Source: Edaphobacter aggregans (GTDB lineage: Bacteria > Acidobacteriota > Terriglobia > Terriglobales > Acidobacteriaceae). Taken from it: 32,000 nt of DNA. Both the position numbers and the translations under genes were made by a program. The DNA is taken from the NCBI RefSeq assembly GCF_003945235.1, contig NZ_RSDW01000001.1:4530001-4562000 (forward strand), given 5' to 3'. Below are positions 15,097 through 23,290 of this stretch, in pieces. Numbering within the stretch: position 1 is the first letter of the stretch; each line of letters begins with the position of its first letter. The notes below the pieces were generated by a model, which had not been told where the DNA came from, ran no database searches, and worked only from the letters and a program-made list of their open reading frames with translations.

Positions 15097-15888
15097 CTAG
15101 TTCTGGGTTTGGTTCAGTTTCTCTTCCAGCTCTTTGAGGCTTTGCAGGGCGTCCTTGATGGTGTATCCCGCCGGAGGGCGAAAGAGGGCGGCGTCTGGAT
15201 CGGCGCGGGAGAATTGTTCAAGGGAGACGGTGCGTTCTCCAATGCGTGGATCTTCCCACTGCTCTTTGAGCACGAGCTTCATGTCGGTGGAGGTCCATAC
15301 CTCGTGGGTTTTGGTGATGGGTGCGTCGTTGCCGGAGCGGCCAGCGGGGACGATTGTCGTGGTCTTGACGACGGAGACGGGCAAGCCCTGGAGGGAGTCG
15401 GTGCCGAGATCTTCCGTGGTGATGATGGGTTGGGGACGATTGTCCTGGCGGATCTGGGCGGGAGCTGCTTTGGCGGTAGTGGATTTCTCCGCGGGAACTT
15501 TAACGACGGAGGCGAGCTTGTTGGCTTTAGGGCCGGTGACCCAGGTGGTGATGGTGTGGGCAACAGGATCGGTTACGAAGACGAGGATGGTTTCGGGTTG
15601 CCCATCGCTTGCGTTGGCGAGGCGCATCTCGACGCGCACTCGGCCTGAGGCGTCGCGGGCTACGAAGTGATGTCCGCTGTGGGTGATGTTGGTGCCATCG
15701 GCCAACTTTTGGTTATTGCGGGTGATTTGTACGGCGGAGTAAGGCTGGCCAGGAACTGGCGCTGCCAGGAGCGAGTGCAAGAGGCCGCCGTTGGAGAGGA
15801 CTTCCTTCTTTTCAGGGGCGGTTTGCGCCGAGGCGATGGATGCAAACAGCGCTGCGCTTACGATTCCTGCCATGAGGGATTTACGCAT
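15097..15888 (-). CDS. Secreted protein of unknown function (paralog A).
   Basis: Signal peptide MRKSLMAGIVSAALFASIASAQT, with RBS GAGGAT upstream. It shares N- and C-terminal blocks with the gene at 16980-17716. Confidence 0.8.
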   Translation of the reverse strand: MRKSLMAGIVSAALFASIASAQTAPEKKEVLSNGGLLHSLLAAPVPGQPYSAVQITRNNQKLADGTNITHSGHHFVARDASGRVRVEMRLANASDGQPETILVFVTDPVAHTITTWVTGPKANKLASVVKVPAEKSTTAKAAPAQIRQDNRPQPIITTEDLGTDSLQGLPVSVVKTTTIVPAGRSGNDAPITKTHEVWTSTDMKLVLKEQWEDPRIGERTVSLEQFSRADPDAALFRPPAGYTIKDALQSLKELEEKLNQTQN

Positions 15889-16035
15889 AGAGATCCTCGC
15901 AAATTACTGGTGCCTCAGTATTTCCCGGCGCTCTCAGCGGGTCAAGTGAAGATTCGGGCTGGCAGATCTAATCGGAGGGAAGAAAGAGATGGGAAGTGAT
16001 GCGGACTGGGGTGCGTGTGGGTTAGGCTCGGAGAT

Positions 16036-16902
16036 ATGGCAAATGCGAAGAAGCGGATTGGTGTGCATGTCGGGACGGGTGGCGGTGTGTGGACTTCGGT
16101 AGGGCGAGCGGTCGAGGCTGGAGCGAATACGTTTCAGATATTTTCGGCTAGTCCTCGGATGTGGAAGGCTTCGCCGGTAAAGGCTGCGGATGCGGCGAAG
16201 ATGCTGGATTTGCGGGCAAAGCATGATGTGGGGCCTGTGGCGATTCATGCCAGCTACCTGATCAATCTGTGTAGCCAGACGGAGAGTGTGAGGGTGAATT
16301 CGACGGCGGCGTTTCGTGGGGAGGTGGAGCGGGCGCTGGCGTTGGGGGCGGAGTTTCTGGTGCTGCATCCGGGGAGCTGGAAGGGGCTCACGCGGGAGGA
16401 GGGATTGACGCTGGCTGCGCAGTCGATTGAGAGGGCGATCGATGGGATCGATTTCAGCGGGAAGAATTTTAAGATTTTGATCGAGAACACGGCTGGGGCG
16501 GAGTTTTCGCTCGGCGGGAAGCTGGAGCAGGTGGCGGAGCTGGTGGAGACGTTGAAGGCTTGTGCTCCGGTGGCGGTGTGTCTGGATACGTGCCATGTGC
16601 ATGTGGCGGGGTATGACATTGTTTCGGCGGACGGGTATATCGAGACGATTAAGCTGGTGGAGTCGACGGTGGGATTTGATGCGGTGAAGGTATGGCACTG
16701 CAACGATGCGAAGGCGGCGATGGGCTCGAAGCTGGATCGTCATGAGCATATTGGCGAAGGGACAATTGGGGCTGAGGCTTTTCGACGGTTGCTGCATGAT
16801 GCGCGGTTCAGCAACTGCGCGTTTATTGCGGAGACGCCGGTGGATTCGCCGGGAGATGAGGCTCGGAATGTTGGGGTGTTGCGGACGCTGTCGGCGGGGT
16901 GA
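16036..16902 (+). CDS. nfo: Deoxyribonuclease IV (endonuclease IV, AP endonuclease family 2).
   Basis: Motifs IHASYLINL, LVLHPGS, IENTAG, CLDTCHVHVAGYD, WHCNDAK and RHEHIGEG match the Nfo metal-ligand pattern. The ATG at 16036 (MANAKKRIGVH) is preferred to the track start at 16015. Confidence 0.9.
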   Translation: MANAKKRIGVHVGTGGGVWTSVGRAVEAGANTFQIFSASPRMWKASPVKAADAAKMLDLRAKHDVGPVAIHASYLINLCSQTESVRVNSTAAFRGEVERALALGAEFLVLHPGSWKGLTREEGLTLAAQSIERAIDGIDFSGKNFKILIENTAGAEFSLGGKLEQVAELVETLKACAPVAVCLDTCHVHVAGYDIVSADGYIETIKLVESTVGFDAVKVWHCNDAKAAMGSKLDRHEHIGEGTIGAEAFRRLLHDARFSNCAFIAETPVDSPGDEARNVGVLRTLSAG

Positions 16903-16979
16903 GCCGATTATTTGTGTTGCTGGACTGGATGTGCTGTAGCAGACTAAGCGTGCCGATTTGTTGATTGGCGAGGGCGTTC

Positions 16980-17716
16980 ATGAAGATGTCGCGTTGGCTG
17001 ATTGCTGGAGTCTTGCTGGTGGGAGCGCTTCCGAGGGCGGTTGCGCAAGGGAAATTGGCGCCTGCTCCGCCAATTGTTACGGGCCAGCCGTTTACGGCAG
17101 AGCGAACGATGACGAGCTATCAGAAGCTGGCCGATGGGACGACGATTGAGCACCGCAGCACAACGTTCGAGGCGCGGGATTCACAGGGGAGATGGTGGGA
17201 GAGGTGGGAGGCGGTCAGCGATCCGCTGCGACGCGAGCAGACTACGCGGGTCTTTACCAGCGTTTATGATCCGAACACGCGTACAAAGACGGTGTGGTGC
17301 ACGTGTAATAAATTTGCGGACGTCACTCACTTTGGCGATCCGCTTCCTCAACGGCCAGAACGTGCGCGGGCGCGGAAGGCATGGATATCTACGTTGGGCC
17401 GAGTGCTTCGAGCCGGTTGAAGTATCACAGCGAAGAGTTGCCGCCGCAGACGATTATGGGAGTTACTACTCGCGGTTCCAAGGCAGTGAGAATTTTGAAG
17501 GCCGGGGTGGATGGCAATGACCATGATCTGACGACGACGATCGAGAGCTGGTACTCGCCAGAGTTGCGGCTGGCGCTGATCACGATCATTGACGATCCGG
17601 TGAATGGCTTGAAGAAGTATGAGTTTACGAATTTGAAACGAGCTGAGCCCGATCCTAAGATCTTTCAGATGCCTGCGGACTATACGTTTCGGGATGCTCC
17701 GGCTGTAGCGCGGTGA
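16980..17716 (+). pseudogene. Secreted protein of unknown function (paralog B), split by a -1 frame change between about 17335 and 17420.
   Basis: The signal peptide MKMSRWLIAGVLLVGALPRAVAQG and the block GQPFTAERTMTSYQKLADGTTIEHRSTTFEARDSQGR are in the first frame, which stops at 17418-17420. The C-terminal block ...YHSEELPPQTIMGV...IESWYSPELRLALITIIDDPVNG...RAEPDPKIFQMPADYTFRDA is in a second frame. Both halves align to paralog A in order. The span is 737 nt, which is not a multiple of 3. Confidence 0.7.
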
Positions 17717-17729
17717 CGGTTGTGCTGGA

Positions 17730-18488
17730 GTGCCCCTTGCAGCGCAGGCACTGCTGAGGAGGGGTATGAAGGCTAAGGCGAAGCCAAGAGTTGGAATGAC
17801 AGGATCGCAGATTGCGACCATCATGACGGAGCTGAAACCTCGATTTCTGGAAGGGTTGAATTTGGCCGAGACGAGGGCGATTCTGGGGGCGGCCAGCAGG
17901 AAACGGTTTAGCGCAAATTCGCTGATTACACGCGAGGGAGATACAGCGAAGCATCTGTACCTGGTGCTGGATGGAGGCGCACGTTATTTCACCCTATCTT
18001 CTGACGGGAAGAAGATCGTCATTCGCTGGATTCGGGCGGGAGATCTGGTTGGCGGTGCTGCTTTGGTGTCGGGGCCTCAGGAATATGTTGTGAGCGCTGA
18101 GGCGGCGAGGAATAGTTCTGCGCTGGTGTGGGACAGGGCCACGATTCGGTCTCTTGCGACCGCATATCCGAAGTTGTTGGAGAATGCTCTGTTGGTGGCA
18201 TATGACTACCTGGTTTTGGACCGTATTCGGTACGTTGCATCGTACTCTCAGTCGGCGCCGCAGCGGGTGGCGCAGGTGCTGGGTTATCTTGCGAACGAGA
18301 TGGGACAGAGAGTTAGTGGAGGCGTGGAACTCCACGTGAGAAACGAGGAGTTGGCGCACGAAGCGAACGTGACGATCTTTACGGTGAGCCGGCTGATGGG
18401 AGAGTGGCAGCGCAGAGGACTCTTGAGGAAGAGCCGAGGCAAGGTGGTGCTGCATCGTCCGGAAGATCTGATTCGATTAGAGGCCTGA
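17730..18488 (+). CDS. Crp/Fnr family transcriptional regulator.
   Basis: A cNMP-binding-like beta-roll (FSANSLITREGDTAKHLYLVLDGGARYFTLSSDGKKIVIRWIRAGDLVGG) and a C-terminal HTH (NEELAHEANVTIFTVSRLMGEWQRRGLL). The start is uncertain: GTG 17730, ATG 17766, 17796 or 17823. Confidence 0.85.
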   Translation: MPLAAQALLRRGMKAKAKPRVGMTGSQIATIMTELKPRFLEGLNLAETRAILGAASRKRFSANSLITREGDTAKHLYLVLDGGARYFTLSSDGKKIVIRWIRAGDLVGGAALVSGPQEYVVSAEAARNSSALVWDRATIRSLATAYPKLLENALLVAYDYLVLDRIRYVASYSQSAPQRVAQVLGYLANEMGQRVSGGVELHVRNEELAHEANVTIFTVSRLMGEWQRRGLLRKSRGKVVLHRPEDLIRLEA

Positions 18489-18612
18489 GCTTGCGTGCGC
18501 TTTGATTGCGCTGGAGCAACGACTTTAAGGAAAGGGAGGTGACACGCTAAGAACCGTGAGTTTACACCGGCGATTGTGGGTGTGACCGCGAAATTGGGCC
18601 GGAGCACAACAG

Positions 18613-19035
18613 TTGGCATTCGTTCGAATTCTTGTAGTAGATGATTTTGAGGCGTGGCGGCGTTCCATCATTTCGATTCTTGAGCAGGATCGTGAGGTGG
18701 AAGTGATTCATGAAGCGTCGGATGGTTTAGAGGCAGTCCGGATGTGCGAGGAATTACAGCCTGACTTAGTGTTGCTCGATATTGGACTTCCGAAACTCAA
18801 CGGAGTTGAAGCAGCGCGGCTGATCCGCGAAGCCTCGCCGACTTCGAAGATATTGTTTCTGAGCGCGCATTATTCCCAGGATGTAATGCGAGAGGCTTTG
18901 CGGATTGGCGCGGCGGGCTACCTTGCGAAAGCGGACGCTCGACGCGATCTGCTGCCTGCGATAAGGGCTGCATTACGTGACGAAGAGTTCCTCCGCTTTA
19001 CAACTTTGCCTGACTCCGAAGGGGAAGCTTTCTGA
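18613..19035 (+). CDS. Stand-alone response-regulator receiver domain (CheY-like), with no output domain.
   Basis: Motifs RILVVDD, LVLLDIGLPKLNG (phospho-acceptor Asp), ILFLSAH and GYLAK. TTG is the only in-frame start after the upstream stop (18583-18585), and GGAG lies about 8 nt upstream. Confidence 0.85.
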   Translation: MAFVRILVVDDFEAWRRSIISILEQDREVEVIHEASDGLEAVRMCEELQPDLVLLDIGLPKLNGVEAARLIREASPTSKILFLSAHYSQDVMREALRIGAAGYLAKADARRDLLPAIRAALRDEEFLRFTTLPDSEGEAF

Positions 19036-19063
19036 GGAGTAAGGTGTTTTGCACATTCGGCTT

Positions 19064-21376
19064 TTATTGCTGAGTCGCTGGTGGATGGGGGGCAAAATGT
19101 TGGGGTGTTGCGAACGCTGGCTGTGGGGTAGCTGGCAATAGGCCGAAGATGGCTACGCCGTTCTGGGTTCCGACGTAGACTTTGCCGTTGACGATCATTG
19201 GGGTGATGAATTTGTTTCCGTTGCCGAAGGCGTCGCGTGCGTTGGCGGCTTGATTGCTGTTGTAGAACTCGTGCGCGAGATTAGCTGGGTCATAAGCGTG
19301 TAGGACGCCAGGGCTTGTGAGGCTGGATTCGAGGGCCCAAACGATGCCGTTCTGGGTGCCGTTGGCGGAGATCGATGGCGTGGGCCCGGGATGCGGGAAT
19401 TTGATTGTGGTCTGACTGGATGGACTGAGTGCCATTTGTGCATTGATCAGAGGGAAAGCCTTTAGGTTGTCGCCGTCGGCTGCGTAGTAGAGCACGCCAT
19501 TGAAGTAGGCAGGTGTGGAATAGACGAGGCCGGCCATCGCACCGGTGAGCTGCTGGTAGATGTTGCTGTCCATGGGGTCGGTGGCGGGATTGAATTTGCC
19601 GAGGTTGTCTCGGTCGGCGAGATAGATGTTCTTGTCTTTGCCTGCGCCCACTATGAGATGATGCACGATCCCATTTGCGTCGGCCTGGTCTGGCAGGAGT
19701 AGGGGGCCGCCGGAGCCGAGATCGAGATCTTCGTTGGATTCTGATTCGGTGTTGTACATGTCGAAGTAATCGACTACTGCGAGTTTGCCAGTTGTCGAGA
19801 GCTTTACCATGGCATTGCCGTAGTCGCCTTTGGTGGGGAAACCGTTGGCATCGAGGGTTGTGTCGAAGGTGCCGTTGGCATCGAGGAGATAGATGTTGCC
19901 CTGGCTGTCGGCTGCTATACCACCGCCGCTCATCCAGATGGAGCCCTCGTGGCCGTTTGGTGTGAGATTTAATAACTGCGTTGGCTGCAGGGTTGACTCG
20001 CTGTAGGCCATGACCCAGCTGGTGTAGAGGCCTAGATCGCAATGCGAGGTCCAGCCCATGTAGATATTGCCGTTGAGGAGGAGGAGCGCTGCTCGCTCGG
20101 CGTATTGGGCAGGATCGAAGACTACGTTGCCGTTTTGGGTGTTATCGCCTGTGCCGGGGTAGGTTGCGGTGATTTCGGTTGGGCTGCCGGTGATCTCCGC
20201 TCCAGTGGTGATGTCGAGTGCATGCAGGCGCTGGTGATATGCGCCGGTTGCGTCCTTGCTCATGCCGACGGTGAAGAGCGTACCGTTTTGTCCTTGTTTG
20301 CGGTCGATTACGGGCGTTGCGGTGACTCCGATCTCGGGCGTGATTTGTGAACACCCGTGATCGTCGCTCGTTGTCTCGGCGCTCCCGAGGACTGAGGTCT
20401 TCCAGAGTTGAGCAGTGGTGTCGGCATCGAAAGCGTAGACGCTGCTATGTTCGGTTGCAACGTAGAGGACATTGCGAGGCCGGCCATTTATGGTCACATT
20501 GGCGAGGTAAAGGGGTTCGGCGTCGACTTTGCCGTCGACGGCGTCGAAGCCGATCTTACCGAATTGAGTGGAGTTTACGTTGCTCTGCGTAAGGATGGTT
20601 TCTTGTGCGTTGAGTCCGTCGCGCGCGATGTTGTAGTGATAGGTGGTCACGTCTGGCGCACTGGGTGTAGGCGCGGCTTGTACGGTCAAGGCGAGCGGGG
20701 TGGAGTGAGTGAGGTGGCCGGAGGTTCCGGTGAATGTGACTGTTGAGGTGGTTGCGACTGCAGTAGGTGCTGCGGCTAATGTCGTGCTCTGCGCGGTACC
20801 GGGAGAGAGAGTGAGGGTTGACGGGGTTGCGGTGACTCCGGTGGGCAGGCCGGCTATGGCGATGGCGACGGTGCTGGTAAAGGAATTTTGTGGATTCGCG
20901 ATGATGCTGACTGGAGATCCTGTTGCGCCAGCTGTGATGGATAGCGATGTTGGTGACAGCGTCAGAGTGAAGTCGGGCGCCGGAGAGATGGTTGCGGTCA
21001 CTGCGGCAGTATGCGAGAGCATTCCTGAGGTTGCGGTGAGGGTAAGCATTACGCTGCCAGTTGGAGCGGTGGCGGACGCCGTCAGAGCTATGGTTTGCAC
21101 GGTTCCGGGAGAGAGGGTGAGCATGGATGGTTGCGCTGTGACGCCGCTGGGGAGTCCTGTAATCGCAACGGATACCATGCTCGCGAAACCGTTTACTGGA
21201 GCGGCATTGATGCTGATTTGTTGTCCGGTTCCGCCTGGAAGAAGGGTGACGGTTGTTGGCGTGGCTGATAAGGAAAAGTCTGCTTCGGGTGCAGGTTTGG
21301 AGCCTCCGCCGCAGGAAGTCAGTAGAAGGGCGATGAGGGTGGAGCTCGCCCAGAGTGCCTTTGAACAGGAACGCAT
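19064..21376 (-). CDS. Large lipoprotein: lipobox, two tandem Ig-like repeats of about 102 aa, and a PQQ-like beta-propeller domain of about 500 aa.
   Basis: Signal and lipobox MRSCSKALWASSTLIALLLTSC|GGGS. The repeats are DFSLSATPTTVTLLPGG...ISPAP and DFTLTLSPTSLSITAGA...VQAAP. The propeller-like part has recurring blades (LYVATEHSSVYAFDADT..LWK, NIYMGWTSHCDLGLYTSWVMAY, KVYVGTQNGVAIFGL). Confidence 0.85.
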   Translation of the reverse strand: MRSCSKALWASSTLIALLLTSCGGGSKPAPEADFSLSATPTTVTLLPGGTGQQISINAAPVNGFASMVSVAITGLPSGVTAQPSMLTLSPGTVQTIALTASATAPTGSVMLTLTATSGMLSHTAAVTATISPAPDFTLTLSPTSLSITAGATGSPVSIIANPQNSFTSTVAIAIAGLPTGVTATPSTLTLSPGTAQSTTLAAAPTAVATTSTVTFTGTSGHLTHSTPLALTVQAAPTPSAPDVTTYHYNIARDGLNAQETILTQSNVNSTQFGKIGFDAVDGKVDAEPLYLANVTINGRPRNVLYVATEHSSVYAFDADTTAQLWKTSVLGSAETTSDDHGCSQITPEIGVTATPVIDRKQGQNGTLFTVGMSKDATGAYHQRLHALDITTGAEITGSPTEITATYPGTGDNTQNGNVVFDPAQYAERAALLLLNGNIYMGWTSHCDLGLYTSWVMAYSESTLQPTQLLNLTPNGHEGSIWMSGGGIAADSQGNIYLLDANGTFDTTLDANGFPTKGDYGNAMVKLSTTGKLAVVDYFDMYNTESESNEDLDLGSGGPLLLPDQADANGIVHHLIVGAGKDKNIYLADRDNLGKFNPATDPMDSNIYQQLTGAMAGLVYSTPAYFNGVLYYAADGDNLKAFPLINAQMALSPSSQTTIKFPHPGPTPSISANGTQNGIVWALESSLTSPGVLHAYDPANLAHEFYNSNQAANARDAFGNGNKFITPMIVNGKVYVGTQNGVAIFGLLPATPQPAFATPQHFAPHPPATQQ
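20669..21280 (-). repeat. Intragenic tandem duplication (2 x about 306 nt) encoding the two Ig-like modules of the lipoprotein.
   Basis: aa 33-134 and aa 135-236 align end to end (DF.L...PT.....G.TG..........N.F.S.V...I.GLP.GVTA.PS.LTLSPGT.Q...L.A....). Confidence 0.75.
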
Positions 21377-21524
21377 ATCAACTACCCGGCTTTATCTCGT
21401 AGAGAATAGAAATCATTTGCCGTTCGGTCGCGCTACGTCACGTTGAGAGTACACCCTTAGCTCTCGCGATTTGTCAGCGATTTCTCGGTCTCAGAGTGAC
21501 CGATGGCCAACAATCGTCACGCTC

Positions 21525-22292
21525 CTACTTGCTTTCCAATACGACACGGCCATAGAGCGGCTGCGTTGGACGCGCGTCGTTCCTGTACAGCTTCGAGAAC
21601 TGCTCGATTTCCGAAGCCGAAACGGACACGGGATGTTTCAGCACGAACCACGTCACATCTTCACTGCAAGGAGGAGTAGTAAGGGAGCCCAAAAAGGTGT
21701 AGTAGCTGTGATCGGGGGGAAGCAGCCCATCCGCATCGATCTGGACATCCTTCTCGGATTCGACTTTTTCTTTTTCCTTCGGCATGTCTTTCCATAATCT
21801 GCCGATCAGGTCATTGCCTTCCCCCTTCTCCAACAGAATCGCGACTACGGCTGCATTGCCTTTCTCATCCGCGTGGACCAAATGCACGGCCATGTCATAG
21901 CGCTTTCCGTTGATCTTCTCCTCGCTCGGCCTGTGAAAATGGAATTGCTTCAGCTCGTATCGCTTGCCACCCACTGTGATAAAACTTCCGGGGCTGTAAG
22001 TAATCAGAATTGTGTGGCCGTTATCGACGATATTCAACGGCGAAGGTTTGTAATCAAACTGAATCGGCGGAAGGTCAGCCTTTACCGGACCGCGGATATC
22101 GATAGGCGATTGGCGATGCCCATTCTTGCACGGAGCAAACTCCGGTTTAAGATCACCCCAATGACCAGGGCCTCGCGTCGTGCTGTAATCCCATGTGTGT
22201 TCCGTATTCTGGTGTTCCTGCGCTCCACCAGCGGCGGATAAGACCAGCGCGCAACCGACGATTGTATGGAGGGAACGGTTCCGAAGACGCAT
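21525..22292 (-). CDS. Alpha-class carbonic anhydrase with a signal peptide (periplasmic).
   Basis: HWGDL..C..G..QSPIDI, the zinc ligands in QFHFHRPSEE and AVHLVH, and GSLTTPPCSEDVTWFV. The ATG at 22292 (MRLRNRSLHTIVGCALVLSAAGGAQE) has AGGAG 7-8 nt upstream. Confidence 0.9.
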   Translation of the reverse strand: MRLRNRSLHTIVGCALVLSAAGGAQEHQNTEHTWDYSTTRGPGHWGDLKPEFAPCKNGHRQSPIDIRGPVKADLPPIQFDYKPSPLNIVDNGHTILITYSPGSFITVGGKRYELKQFHFHRPSEEKINGKRYDMAVHLVHADEKGNAAVVAILLEKGEGNDLIGRLWKDMPKEKEKVESEKDVQIDADGLLPPDHSYYTFLGSLTTPPCSEDVTWFVLKHPVSVSASEIEQFSKLYRNDARPTQPLYGRVVLESK

Positions 22293-22377
22293 ATCAAATA
22301 CTCCTGACTGCGAGAGGACACTACGATGCGGCACTTCCACTGCTTTCTGCTAAACCCGAGTTTCGCCAACAGCCATC

Positions 22378-23289
22378 ATGGATAAGCGACTGCTCATCCT
22401 CGGCGCTGCTTTAGCTGCTCATACTCACGCCTGCGCCCAATTCACCGACCCGCGAAACTACCAGAACACTCCCGTGGGGATCAATCAGCTCGAGCTGGCC
22501 TACGCCTATGTTCGCTCCAATACCTCCATCGATACTTCGTTCATCGTCTCAGGAGCAAAATTCAATCTCAATCAAGGACTCATCGACTATACGCGCTATT
22601 TCTCCTTTCTTCATCGCACGGCCTGGGCTGAAGCCAGCGTTCCCATCGCCAACCTCAACGGCTCCGTCACGAGCACCGACATTAGTGGATCAACCACCGG
22701 TACGGGCGACTCCGGCTACAGCGCAGGCATATTGCTCAAGGGAGGCCCGGCGCTCAGCCCGGAAGAATTCGCAAACGCTGAGACGACTACTTCTATCGGC
22801 CTGAGCCTCTCCACCACGGCGCCCACCGGCCAATACGATCCCAACAAGATACTCAACCTTGGCTCCGATCGATGGTCGTTCAGGCCAGAACTAGCCATCT
22901 CCAAGCCCTTCGGCCCCGACCAGCGTTGGGTACTCGATGGTTACGCCAACACGTATCTCTACACGGACAACGACCGCTACCGCGGTGTAGAAGTCCTGCG
23001 CCAGCGAGCGTTGCTCGGTCTTGAGGGGCATATCAGCTACGCCTTCAACAATGCGATATGGGCCTCCCTCGACACCCGCTACTCCTTTCGCGGAGACACC
23101 ACTGTTAGCGGCGTCAATCAAGATAATTCGCAACGAAATTTCATCGTAGGCAGTGAGCTAGTTGTCTCCCCAAACTCACGAAACTCATTTACCTTCGAAT
23201 TCGCCAAAGCAGTGGTCCACAGAAACGGGCCGTCCCTCGGGGGCTTTGCCGTGAAGTATGACTACACATGGGGAAGGGGGTATAGGTAG
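22378..23289 (+). CDS. Putative outer-membrane beta-barrel protein (MetA-pathway / 'transporter' family-like).
   Basis: Signal peptide MDKRLLILGAALAAHTHACAQ, alternating amphipathic beta-strand pattern, Y/F/W-rich strand ends and an aromatic-rich C-terminus (FAVKYDYTW). The family call is from memory and is weaker than the CDS call. Confidence 0.65.
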   Translation: MDKRLLILGAALAAHTHACAQFTDPRNYQNTPVGINQLELAYAYVRSNTSIDTSFIVSGAKFNLNQGLIDYTRYFSFLHRTAWAEASVPIANLNGSVTSTDISGSTTGTGDSGYSAGILLKGGPALSPEEFANAETTTSIGLSLSTTAPTGQYDPNKILNLGSDRWSFRPELAISKPFGPDQRWVLDGYANTYLYTDNDRYRGVEVLRQRALLGLEGHISYAFNNAIWASLDTRYSFRGDTTVSGVNQDNSQRNFIVGSELVVSPNSRNSFTFEFAKAVVHRNGPSLGGFAVKYDYTWGRGYR

Positions 23290-23290
23290 C

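Noticed and set aside
21471-22414. ORFs 21471-21797 (+), 21873-22241 (+), 22082-22369 (-) and 22193-22414 (+) overlapping the carbonic anhydrase locus.
   Set aside because: They all overlap the motif-supported alpha-CA CDS or its promoter region, and they have no motifs or RBS.
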